DNA of 33,046 bases from Neophaeotheca triangularis (Eukaryota), in contig BAAIJX010000008.1 of the NCBI GenBank assembly GCA_054600435.1, forward strand, positions 682,001 to 715,046, in the 5' to 3' direction. The notes below the pieces were generated by a model. It had not been told where the DNA came from. It worked only from the letters and a program-made list of their open reading frames with translations, and made no database searches. The position numbers were made by a program, and so were the translations under genes. This document shows, in pieces, positions 22,143 to 33,046 of the stretch (positions are counted from its first letter, which is position 1; each line of letters opens with the position of its first letter).

Positions 22143-22378
22143 CCGGGAGGGCTTGGACTGCTATCCGATGACGCAGCTACGACCGACTTTGCCGGGAATT
22201 GAACGCAGGACGTTCGCTTCCGAAAGTGGCTTGATTCTTAACTTCGTATGGCCAGCTTAGCGCGAGAATTGAACGCAAGCGTTCGCTTCCCTAAAGCGGC
22301 CGAAATCAGTTACTCTTACGCCCTGCTCCAGGAGGGGCACGCTCCGAGCGCGCATCACTGGTACCACGAGGCCCCGGT
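22142..22378 (-). ncRNA. Putative RNA polymerase III-transcribed structured ncRNA of unknown family (~237 nt)
   Basis: On - strand: ATATAT ~30 nt upstream (22410-22405); 5' ACCGGG pairs with 3' CCCGGT just before a T10 run; A-box-like TGGTACCAGTG near the 5' end; two GTTCAATTC B-box-like motifs in duplicated hairpins. Confidence 0.65.
22196..22290. repeat. Imperfect direct repeat (26 and 25 nt), each containing a hairpin
   Basis: GAATTGAACGCAGGACGTTCGCTTCC (22196-22221) versus GAATTGAACGCAAGCGTTCGCTTCC (22266-22290). Confidence 0.95.
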
Positions 22379-22856
22379 TATGACTAAGTGCGCTGTCGGG
22401 TGGCATATATTGTGTTGGATGTATGAAGAGGCGCTCGGGCCCCTAGACAACATTTTATTGGGCTCAGCGCCTTAGGCATTACTTACTTCAACTTGCTTTG
22501 TGGTCTCTTTCACTTTGTGGTGCAGTTGCCTAACTTGCCCTTCACTCCGCCCGCTATTCACTGGCTTCTCCAGAGTTCAATGCTTCTTGATATTGGTTTG
22601 TTTTCATTCAGATTAGCTTCATTGGCAAGTGGCAGCGCGACCTCAGTACAGTCTACACTCCGGTGTGTCACAGCTAGCAGGTTCTTCATTCCCGCTCGGT
22701 CCCTACTCCAATCTCCCCCGTAGCAGATTTGAATAGTAAGAAGTTGGGACCTTACGCACTAGCCACGCAGTAGGTATCTACCTTCTCTCAGCATACCTGT
22801 GTCGTGCAACTCCTTTTTCCCTTGTGTCTGAAATCGTGGAATAGAAGCCACTTACT

Positions 22857-23479
22857 ATGGCAGAAGACAACGAAAACGACGACGTCGGCTCGGACGGCAT
22901 GGCGCCTCTAGAGAGCGAGACAATTTCGAGCTCTCGTCTCCCAGCACGCACCGAGCCTCGCCAGTTCCTCCACCCCGCTGCGCGCGAACAGGAAGCCATA
23001 AACGTCAGGCTCCAAGAAGAGCATCTATCGTTCGAGGCGAAGCGCATTGCCGAAGGCCGTGGACACGAAAACCAGGTAAGCCCTAGCCGTACCTACCCAG
23101 CACTTACAAGCTTGTAACCATGCCTGACCGTCACGCCACATAGTACACCACCGACCAACTCGCGGCAATGAACAAAGAAACCCGCCTCTTAGTCAAACGC
23201 TGGCCAGCAAATTGGGAAGCCCAACTCCGCAACAAGTTCTTTCCCTTCGAAATTCCCTCGGGCGAGCTCACGCGCACTATGCTCCAGTGTTTGGCGACCC
23301 TATCGCGTTTCCTAGATGAGCCGAGCAAATTGAAGACCATTGTGGAGGCCTACTATGGTAAAGAGGCGCTGGAGAGGAAGCCGAAGAGGGAGCTGAAGCC
23401 GGTCGATGTTAAGGTGGTTATGGAGGTCTGGTTAGGTATGGAATGGACTGATATTGCTAGGAAGGGTCAGAGGGAATAG
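22857..23479 (+). CDS. Hypothetical protein; exons 22857-23075 and 23144-23479 (184 aa)
   Basis: Intron CAG|GTAAGC..CCTGAC..TAG (68 nt, phase 0) fuses ORFs 22857 and 23168 in frame; acidic N-terminus and helical-looking C-terminal half. Confidence 0.7.
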
Positions 23480-24923
23480 CGGGTTCCGTGTAGCGTCCTC
23501 GGCGGGATGCGGAAGATCCGGGGGTCGTTCACTGTGCTAGCGTTTGGTTGACAGCCGACGAGCAATGCGACGGGCCGGGGGGGTTCACTGCGTGCGGGAC
23601 GATGTTCAAAGACGCCGGGAGTCGTTCAAGTAGATGAACATCAGCTTGACGCAGTGGAGGCGTTTGCCTAAGGTCGTCTCTCTCGTGATTTCCAAGCCAT
23701 TTTCTCGGTCCGATAGTGATGGTAAAAACACAATACCATGCTAAAAACCTATTGGGAGCCAAGAGACCTCCTGTCGGCCTGGCACATATCGAGGCGGCAC
23801 ATGGCTGCTCTTGCAAGAAATCTGAGAGAAGTATGGGATAGTAGCATGCTTTGCAGACTTCACTCGATGTCTTCGGATAAAAGTGGACCACTCCGGGCTT
23901 GCGGGCACTGTTCCCAATGTGGCGAGGGATTCGATGGAGAAAGGACGGCCGAAGCCGCCCGGCTTTCAGCCCTGAGTATCTAGGTACCTACCTCCTACTA
24001 GTAGTCCAGCGTGTCACTGAGCGGGGGGATACACAGCAGGGCATGTGGGACAATGTCAATTGAACGTCACCTCAACATTTTCAGGTTCTTAAGTTGTCTG
24101 CAATCACACCTGGGCAGCCTTCACGGGGCGACAGCTTGATTCCATTGTAACACCTCACTGTGAGACGGCGGGCTAACGCAATGGCGAGTGCCAGCTACTG
24201 TATCTGTACCTGCCCATTCACGGCTGGCCAAGCTGCGGCAACAATTGCGCGGCATGTGTAGGACGGCGCCAACGCCATGGGAGGAGGCACAGGTACTCCC
24301 CTCAACATCAACCTCACCGGCTTCCTCCTTCCAAGATAATTATCAGTGTTGCCTGACACCTGCAGCTTTGAGTAGTCACTTCAAGACCTATAGGTGCCCA
24401 TTCCACCCCCTCTTGCCTCGCTTTCATTCCTTCACCTTCACATTGAGAAACCACAACCATCTAAGTACCCATCGATACTGCGGACAAACAACTCGCATGT
24501 AGGTAAGCTATCTACCTTAATGTGCACGACACCACCGCCATGCCAGCAAATCTAGGCACGCACCCAACACCTACACCTCTATCTCAACCCTCGCGTCCGT
24601 CTGGCTAGCCTACATACATGTCCTCGCGCCCCAAGCAAACCGTCCGAGACCTGCGCACCTCCTACGAGACTCGTCTCACCGCACAAGCCTCATTTCAATC
24701 ATTGTCAAACTCCAGAGCAATCGCTAACACGACTATGGCACCTAAAAAGAACCTGTACCCCTCCTACTCCCATCCTTTCTCAAATTCAATCGACGACCTC
24801 GTGTCCAGCCCCACGTCTTTCCTTAACCCGTCTAGGACAAACCAACAGCCGCTCGCCAGTCCAACGCCAACTTGGATTGGACCCGTCATTCAATCAAGAC
24901 CCGCTACTCCCGGAGCGAGCACC

Positions 24924-26361
24924 ATGAAGCAACCGACCACCGTTCACTACACCTCCTCCGGTCTCAAGCCTCCCGTCTTCATCATCACCAGCTTGAGCGA
25001 GCCACAATGGGACGTAGTAGAGATGGAGCACTCCAAAAACGCCAAGGGTGAGCATGAGTTTACCAAGACGTTCAATGCTGAGCCGGGTCAGTACCAATAC
25101 AAGTTCAGGCTGGGTCCAGGAGATTGGTGGGTCTTCGACGAAGACAAGCCTACTGTAGACGATGGATTCGGCAACAAGAACAATCTACTCACCGTGAAGC
25201 CACAACCTTCGCAACCCGCCAAGCCATTGGATCAGGAAAGACTTACGCCTGGCCTTGGCGGACAGAGAGTATCTATTGATGCCGCACCAACTCCAGCTGG
25301 AACCACCCCTGCACCACTAATGGGCCACGAATCCTACTTTCCACAGCCCTCCAAGTCGGAGGAATCAGCAGCACTCACACCAGCTCCCGCCCCTCTCTTG
25401 TGGCACGAAACCAACGTTCTACCACCAGCTCAATCGGAGTCTTTTGGTACCCATCCGCCGATCACCACAAACGACGAAGGCTCTGTCCACCCTCTCCTTC
25501 CCCACGAAGCCCTCTCTCCCGATACGGCCGAGCAACATCACTCTCCTCTCTTCCGCCACGAATCCAACGGCCTGCACAACCGCCACGACGAGCCAGAAGA
25601 CCTCTCACCATCCAAATCCACCAAGACGCACAAGCAAGTTCAGGAAGAAGCGACCCACACCGATCATCACCTCCTCGACAAATTTCCTACCGACGAGCAG
25701 GGTATCTTGGACACTCTGCGCAGGGCTTCCGGGCAAGCATCGCTGGCCGAGGGAGCCGCGGATGCTGGTGCGAAAAAGTCACCAGAAAGCAGAGCCGTGA
25801 GCGATGGCTCAGTGACAGCACTGGAAAGCGTCAAGGAGGATGAGGTTGCGGAGGGACAAAGCCATATCCACGACTCAGTAACAGTAGACCCCAGACCCAA
25901 AGCACCCGCGACACCGCCTTTGACACCAGCCGAAGGCAAAGAGCCCGAGAGCAGGAACGCTTCCGAAGACGATGCCACGCGGCGCGAAGAGCGCGAGCAA
26001 GCGGAACTCGATGCCGACAAGACCGTCGCTGCGAGCAAGGGAGCGCTGCAGTTGGCCATGTGGTTCGTGACAGCGATTTGGCAGTGGCTGGTGCTTTTCG
26101 CCCGGGGCAAGAAACCTGTGCCGTAAGTGTCAGTTTGACTCTATTGGAATTGTTTGTTGAGTATTCAAAAAAGCTTGCTGTACCTATGAGGTCCCGTGTG
26201 GCCTGTTTTGGCAGTTTTCTTCTTGAGCTTTTGTGCTTAGCTTACTGTGCGCCTTTTCGCTGACTTGTACCGGGGGTCTGTTTGACAGGTTGATCGCTGC
26301 TATTAGTGGTTTGGTTATGGGTATGGCTTTGAGGAAGGAGAAGAACGCGACTGGGGCTTGA
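24924..26361 (+). CDS. CBM48/AMPK-beta glycogen-binding-like domain protein with hydrophobic C-terminus; exons 24924-26122 and 26289-26361 (423 aa; upstream in-frame ATGs from 24618 possible)
   Basis: PPVFIITSLSEPQW...EPGQYQYKFRLGPGDWWVFDE..TVDDGFGNKNNLLTV matches the AMPK1_CBM pattern (YQYKF..G.W....P...D..GN.NN). ACC-ATG context at 24924; intron GTAAGT..GCTGAC..CAG at 26123-26288. Confidence 0.8.
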
Positions 26362-28282
26362 AGGAAAGGGTGCTGATGTTGCTGCGAGCTTTTCGTGTAT
26401 GTCGAAAGGGGGAAGTGGAGAGTGAGGTGACTGAAAAGAGGGGCGTGACTCGAGAATTACCCAATAGCGGATTGGCTTTATGATACCTATTTGGCAGAGA
26501 GTATTTTGCCTTTGGTTTCTCTCCGCCGTCTTCTGCGGTCTCTCTTCGCGCTGCTGTGTCGGTGGTTGTCTACTGCGCAGGATGTCTCCGCTTGCGAATA
26601 TCGTGCCCAGACCGCACACCTTGCTAACATCAATATCTTTTGCTATCATCACGCAGTCTTGTATTGTGAGGTCGCCGTCCGAGAGTGAGAGGAATTGTGG
26701 TAGCCGCGACTCATTTCCGCTATCGTTCAATGTCTCGTCGGCCCCCTTCCGTGGTGGCCTACAAGCTTCTGAGTCCCGATGGCCTTCAAGGTTTGTCGTG
26801 TTGAGAGCTCACTTACAGTACTTTGCCAATCTTCCATTTTCGGGTGGTTGCAAAGTTCCTCGGGGCCTACTGAACGTCCTTGCTGCCGTGTAACTCCTTG
26901 CCCTTCTCGCTCCTAGTGCTTCAGCGCCGCGTACTAAGGTATGTTTGTATCTTTTAGCCTTGGAAAAGATAAGTCGGCCATATCTACCCCCGACAGAGGC
27001 TTATTACTGTAGAAGCACATCCTTGCAAGTCCAACGAGCCCACGTGTTGAAACGGGCACTAGCAGGCGGGATCTTTGGCCGGCAAGTTGCCCCGTAACCT
27101 TTGGAAGCGTCCAGGACTTCACGTCGTAAACATGCGTGCGTCTGTAGTTGAAGAGCTGCATCTAGGATACGGAAAAGGGTTTCATATAACCATTAAAAAT
27201 GCTCCCGCCTTCGAAGGTCACCCGTTCATAACCCGGTTCCCAGCCGGTTGGTAATTCACCCGGCCCTAACGCGAGCCGGTAGGTCTCCGACCTCCGACGT
27301 GCAGTGGACGGACGGGACTCTATTAACGTCGTGCCCTTTTTGCCGTTTCGATGTGCCGATTTACACCGAAATGCGAGCAACACTGTCAGGTACAAAATCT
27401 CCAGTAGTGTGTGACTGCTCAAGATGCTAGTCTGCAAAAGCGGCGGGAGATGCAATAGCAAGGAAGAGTACCTCTTGGTATGGTAGGTCAAGCCGGAGTA
27501 GAGGATTCTCGGCAAGTCACGGGGCTAGACAGCCATCACGAATCACGATGTACGATGTACGAGGTGCCCCGAGAGGCTAGAGCAACGACAAGCGAACGGC
27601 TGCCAAGGAGGAGCATGCGCGGTGGTGGGCGGGGATCCACCAGGCGAGGGGCTGCAGCCTACCATTATCATTGTAGCCGTACAAGGCACCTGTGAGGCTA
27701 CCACCTAATGACCTTTCTAACGTTAGTACAGCTTGTCAGGTAAGGTACCTACCTCCATTTAGCCTTGTATGCCGTACAGTGTGCCAGTGCTCCCGTACGT
27801 GCCGGTAACGCACATCGCGCGCTTTTCCTTGTCCGGCGCTTTCTCGAGCTACAGTAACGTTAACGTTAAACCCGAGTTCACCTCGAGGCAGGCTGAGCTG
27901 ACTACTGAAAGGATACCGGCACCACCCACCAGGGCACCTTCTAGCGCCGTCGACTTTGTACAGAGAGAAGGAGAAAGAAATTCTTCAGGTCCCGCTGACT
28001 GTTCGGATGAGCTGCATGACTAGCCTGTCTCTTCTGAAAAAAGCTGGTACCCGGCCTCCGCTCACGTTTGCGACCGCGCTCTAGCAAAGAAAACGACAAC
28101 CCCTCTCAAAGGCCACTCACCTTTCAACTACGCTATACCTTGACGCGCAAATACACGCACCGCGGGATTACGCCTCGCCTGCTGCAGCAGCAAGACGGCT
28201 CGAGTCAGAAAGCCTTCCGACGACCCTCGGCTCTCTCTTGCTTCCCCAGGTCTTATCGATCAAGCCTTGATAAAAAGCTGCA

Positions 28283-29283
28283 ATGGCTTACGAGCAGAAC
28301 GAAGTGGAGCCCTTTTTCGTCGTTCCCGACGCCCTCACCACGCCTGCCAGCTCATCCTCCAACGAGTATCAGTCTCGTACGCGACCACATCTCTCTCAGC
28401 GAGCCAGATCGAACTCTCACTAACTTACTTTCCAGCCTACCCGCCTCAAAATGCGAGCTGGAACGCCCCCACGCCCGGGCGGAACGACTCGAACAGCGCA
28501 TCGCGACAGGGTCTCGCAGATAATCGGAGCTGGCTGAACGGACCGCAAATCGAATCTGCACCCACGCAAGAGGCGTGCGGTTCCTTCCCAGGCGACCTTC
28601 GGAGACCAGCTGCTTGTCTAGACTACTCGAGGTGTCCGAAAGACCAAGCTGGCTTCCCTATCCTCTGCCGGCCGGCTCAATCACCAATGCCCAACAACTC
28701 AGCCAGTTCGGGACCTTCGTCACGCCCGCACCACCACAGCAGCTCCCCCAAAGAGCCCGAAGCCGCTCAATCAGAGCCACACAAACCAATGCAGAACTCC
28801 GGCGCCAACGAACCCGCGTCAACCACCTCGGCAACCGCACCCACCACCACCGCAACATCAACCACCGGCCGACCCGCTCCCTCAAGAGCAGCCCCAAGCC
28901 GTTCCAGGCGAGACTTCGCGCCCTCCAAACCGGGCCAACGCGTCCCACACAACCTAGTAGAGCGGCGGTACCGCGACAACCTGAACGCGCAAATCGAAGA
29001 ACTGCGCAGCAACCTGCCCTCACTGCGCGACGCCTACAGCTGCAACAACGACGTCGAAGACTGCGTGGTGCCGCCGCGCATCCCCTCCAAAGCCGTCGTC
29101 ATCTCGACCGCTTCCGACTACATCAAGCAGCTGGAAGCCGAGCAGGCGCAATTGCTGGAGCGCAACCAGGCGCTCGTGGAACAAGTCGAGGGCTTGCAGA
29201 AATTGGTCAAGTGCGACGATTGCTCTGTTCTGCGCTATTTGAGCAGTCTGAGCGTGGATGCGCAAGCGCAGGGGCAGCCTTGA
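28283..29283 (+). CDS. SREBP-type bHLH-ZIP transcription factor without membrane anchor; exons 28283-28376 and 28436-29283 (313 aa)
   Basis: PHNLVERRYRDNLNAQIEELRSNLP...SKAVVISTASDYIKQLE followed by Leu heptads. 59-nt intron GTACGC..CACTAAC..CAG supplies an ATG start. Confidence 0.85.
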
Positions 29284-29816
29284 TTGGGTGAGAGATGGGG
29301 GTGTGATTGGTTGGCTGGTGCACTTGTATGTACAGCGTGAGTTCTGGGTGTTTTTTTGGTTTTCTTTTTGGGTGGGTGGGGGTGGGGGTGGCAAACGCGA
29401 GGAATCTGTCCATGATGCCCCGCCCCCTGGAGTGATTCGGCGACGCGGTGTTTGGCGTTTTCCTCGGACGCAAGGGATCTCACGCCCGCCTGGGGGGGAG
29501 GGGAGCTGGGATAAGGATTTTTCAACGTGCGATTGTGTATGTGCTGGACCAAGCACGAGGTTCTCTTTCCCTGCAGAGAGGGAGGAGGAGGAGGAGGATG
29601 AAGAGGGGATGTTACGATTTCCGCTTGCTTTTTTTTTTTTTTTTTCGCTCTTCAGACGAGAGTCGTGGAATGTCTGTTTTGGATACAACGACGTGCTGCT
29701 AGGCGTTTTCTTTGTATAGAGTTGGTCGGAAAGGAAGGTTGGACTCTCACGCCACTGGTCGTTCGTTCGCGCGCGTGATGCGAGAGTTCAATATTGCATT
29801 ATTAGGGAGATAGGAA

Positions 29817-29849
29817 GGTAGGTAGGTAAGTAGGTAGGTAGGTAGGTAG
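29817..29849. repeat. (GGTA)n tetranucleotide microsatellite, imperfect
   Basis: ggtaggtaggtaagtaggtaggtaggtaggtag. Confidence 0.9.
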
Positions 29850-31909
29850 ATGTCCGGAGCGCTAGCTAAAGGGGCTACGAGTACCAAACCACGTTTTGCG
29901 TTTTACAGTAGCCCCGACGGGTCTTGAGGGCGAGATTACTGGTGCTCTAGACTTGAGTGTAAAGGTGCTCGCTCGGGCTGTGGAGATGTCGCGGGCGTGT
30001 CACGTGTGTCAGGCCACTGGGCGGGCTTTTGGAAGCTAGGTAATGAAAAACTGTAGGTCTGTCTCGGGGGAAAGGCCAGCGGTTCGACGAAGCCTTTGCT
30101 CGTGGAACTGCGGGCCGGGTGTGTTACGACGAAGGAAGATGGAAGCTTGGCTTGGGTGCTGCGAGCAATAATAATAGGGAGTGATTTTGGCAAAGGCTGT
30201 TGAAGGCTAGCTAGGGATTTGGAGGGAGGTGTTGTTTGTGAATAGTGTATGGCATAGGGCACGTTTGCTGCTTCGGAAATGGAAACCTTGGTTCTTTTTT
30301 GTCCGTTGAGGCTGGTGTTGTTGTTGCGCGTTTTGATGGTCTGCCGCCTGAACATGGCTGCGTTATACTACTTTGGTGTGCGTTGTCACGGCTTTGTCAC
30401 GCTACTGGGCAAACCGTATGGAAGAGTCAAGACGGTTCGCGCTCGGGAATAATAAGGGGGGTCCCGGCGAGACGGGAGTCCGGGATGAGGTTCTGGGGAC
30501 TGTGATGCTTCGAGGGAGGTATCGGAAGGGAAGGGAAGGGGGGGGGGAGGGAAGGGTAGGGTAGGGAAGATTCGGGGGGAACCGGCTTCGCTGGCCGTAT
30601 GCAGGTTCCAAGTTGTCGAGAGCGAGTTTGATTCGCTACCTATGGCTATCTTGTCAATGGCGCTAAGTTCTGGATGTCTGTGTCTGCAGGAGAGGAGCTA
30701 GGGAGAAGGTGAGGTGGCAGAAGTAGAGGTTGACCTGCGCCGGCAAAACTAAACTTTACTAGCGATCAACAACATCACCTCGTCACGGTTGGATACCTTA
30801 GCTACTGACATTGGAAACGTCGACGATGATGCTACACCACGCAATAATAATATTAATACCAATATTAATGGCAGGGCATGATGGTTGCTGCTGTCATGAA
30901 ATAATGAGCAATGAGCAACGACTGACGTTCGTGTGATTATTGCCACCGCCGCAAACCCGAATCTCAAGATCGGCGACACACTCGGTGGCACTACAGAAAA
31001 TCCCTCTTGACCACAAAGTGGGCCGAAAACGCTGGCGTCAACCACAATGCTGGAAAGACCGTGGCGTGACACGGCACACTATGCCTTGTGGACCATGATT
31101 ATGAACATGGTGCTACTATGTTTGTATAGCAGCAAAAGCGTTGCGATTACGCCTCAGGGGCAATAATAATGGAATTGCCTTTGCGGCCGCCGAAGCGCGC
31201 CGGATAACTCTACGCGCTCTAATTGCACCGCGCACGAGTACGGGAGCCATTTCCGGGAGTCTTGTTACTACTACTACTCTTACCAGCAGCCTTACGAAAC
31301 TTGCCAACGTTATTGAACAGTGCTTGACTTCAAGCGATCCCTACTTTTTCAGCCGAACTGAAAAAGCACAGAGAGAAAAAAAAAAAGACCTTCAAGATCT
31401 AGATCGTGACATGCAGCACTACTACGATACGCATACCCCCCCCTTTTCGCTACCGGATCTCGCAATCAACACCCTGTCGACCACTAAACACCGGCCCTGT
31501 CGCTCTTCTTCTGCTATCTACTAGCTCCGCGAGCGCGACCGTTGCGTGACTTTCCGTCCTCTCTTCTCACTCTAACTTTCTTAAGCTTGGTCGATGATAA
31601 CGAGAGAGATCATGGAGGTAGGCATCCTGCAGAGATTGGGCGAGCTATCGTGACTCCCAACTATCGTGTGACTACTCGCTTCTCCGAAGTCCCAACAGGT
31701 AGGGTTCTGCTGCCAACGGAATGGGCTGAGATGAGGTGGTGGTTTTGTGTATAAGAGGTTGGTCGAGGTAGGTTGATTGTCTCTCTTCTTCTCTCTCCTG
31801 TCCATCCAGCACACTTTCCCAAGCTTTCGCCCCCCCCCGAACTCCATCGCTTCAGCGTAATCGCCGGCTCAAACGCACGAATCCTTTACCAACGAATTCA
31901 CCTCTTAAT

Positions 31910-31980
31910 CCCAACCAACCAACCAACCAACCCACCAACCAATCCAATCTAAATCAACCCAACCCAACCCAACCCAACCA
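31910..31980. repeat. (CCAA)n/(CCCAA)n simple repeat in the probable 5' UTR of the small ORF
   Basis: cccaaccaaccaaccaaccaacccaccaacc...aacccaacccaaacccaacccaacca. Confidence 0.85.
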
Positions 31981-32031
31981 CAACGCCAAACCCACACTCC
32001 CAAACCACACCAAAGCAACCAAAACCAAAAA

Positions 32032-32283
32032 ATGTACTGCTCCATCCCCATCCTCGACGCGCGCAGCCCCGTCAGCAAGAGCGCCAAATCCAGCCCCACC
32101 AGCTCGCGCAGCAACAGCACAGCACCGCCGAGCCCCGAAACCAGCGCCGCCGTCACCGAAGCCACGGGCGCCGCCGACATGACCGCTCCCGCCGTTTCCG
32201 GCCGCAGGTGGTCGGCCTCGGTGGAGAAGCTCTTTGGCAGGAGGGAGAGCAACTTCAAGGCTTATAGGGATTATGAGTTTTAA
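32032..32283 (+). CDS. Small Ser-rich hypothetical protein (83 aa)
   Basis: AAAA-ATG context after a C/A-rich leader; strong C-ending codon bias shifting to G/T-rich at the 3' end, as in the neighbouring genuine genes; G/T-rich 3' UTR-like sequence follows. Confidence 0.6.
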   Translation: MYCSIPILDARSPVSKSAKSSPTSSRSNSTAPPSPETSAAVTEATGAADMTAPAVSGRRWSASVEKLFGRRESNFKAYRDYEF

Positions 32284-32970
32284 AGTTAAAAAAGACAGGA
32301 AAAAGAGCGGTTGGGAGGCTGATTCGGGGAGGATTATGCTGATGATGGTTTGAATGGAGAGGGGGACTGGGGTAATGCAGTGGTGGCTTTGCCATGGCCA
32401 CATGACTGGCCACGGGCACCGGTTTCGAGCGAGCGTTTGTCTTTTGTTTTCACGAAGCAAGCGTGGCGTTTTTTGCTTGCTTTTCTTTTTTGGGACTCGC
32501 GAGGGGTTTTTTGAGCGTTTCTGTTCTCAGCGTTGGGCAGGCGGGTTATATCTTTGACGACGATGATGATGGGTGTAGCTAATGTCTAAGCTGTTTCAAA
32601 AACGGAAATGTAACATTTTACCTCCCTGCCTACCTTGCCCTGTTGATTGTGAGAGAGTGGGAATGGTTCAACCCCGTCTTGTGTTCTTTTTCGTTGTGTT
32701 GAGGATTCCCTTTTTCGGGAGTTTTGGAAGACTTGGTCTCCCGGCGCAAGAGGTGGCAGATTCTGGCATGTCTGCCGTCGATTCCTTGGGGTAGCGGATA
32801 GGGGAGAAGCAGCAGAATGGGGTGAAGCGCTAGACGCGGGGAGGGCGATGACTAGCCCGGGAGTGAAGGCCGCGATGGAAACAGCGCAGTCATTGTTCAC
32901 GCTACTCTTTTCCAATGCGCATCAAGAAGCTATAGCGGCGGTGCTCAGAGGGAAGCTTGGCATAGAAGCT

Positions 32971-32995
32971 GGGGGGGGGGGGGGGGGGGGGGGGG
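32971..32995. repeat. G25 homopolymer followed by an A/T-rich end
   Basis: 25 consecutive G, then almost pure A/T to the window end. Confidence 0.95.
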
Positions 32996-33046
32996 TAAAA
33001 ATAAAAAAAAAAAATTTAAGGTTTATTTTGGAAAAGTATAAAAAAA

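Noticed and set aside
22142..22378. Calling this a tRNA, SRP RNA or CRISPR-like repeat
   Set aside because: No cloverleaf (T-stems mismatch), no SRP Alu or helix-8 motifs, only two repeat units, and a eukaryotic context.
28575..29719. Alternative-frame and antisense ORFs over the bHLH gene and its 3' UTR
   Set aside because: Products of GC-rich codons and simple repeats.
29900..31900. Short ORFs, AAT-rich motifs and a purine/G-rich tract (~30520-30570)
   Set aside because: No coding signature; such low-complexity tracts are common in fungal promoters.

Overview
Gene-dense eukaryotic DNA from a filamentous ascomycete (short GT..AG introns with CTRAY branch points; a Dothideomycete origin is my inference). 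I model eleven protein genes by hand: ATG3; a disordered coiled-coil hypothetical; an 8-exon secreted Thr/Pro/Cys-repeat (mucin/adhesin-like) protein; an ATG33-like gene divergent from a peroxisomal SPS19-type 2,4-dienoyl-CoA reductase; a UBP12/USP4-15-type deubiquitinase; an uncharacterised gene with a Ddi1/retropepsin-like domain; a small two-exon hypothetical; a CBM48/AMPK-beta-like protein; an SREBP-type bHLH-ZIP factor; and an 83-aa small ORF. The two most interesting signals are these. (1) An unidentified, highly structured ~237-nt Pol III-like ncRNA gene at 22142-22378 (-), with TATA, A-box-like, two B-box-like motifs in duplicated hairpins, a closing stem and a T10 terminator. (2) A retropepsin-like domain whose catalytic Asp is replaced by Cys (AVCTGS), encoded immediately upstream of the deubiquitinase, which itself has a 119+ codon AUG-less N-terminal extension. 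Family assignments come from recalled motifs, not database searches.
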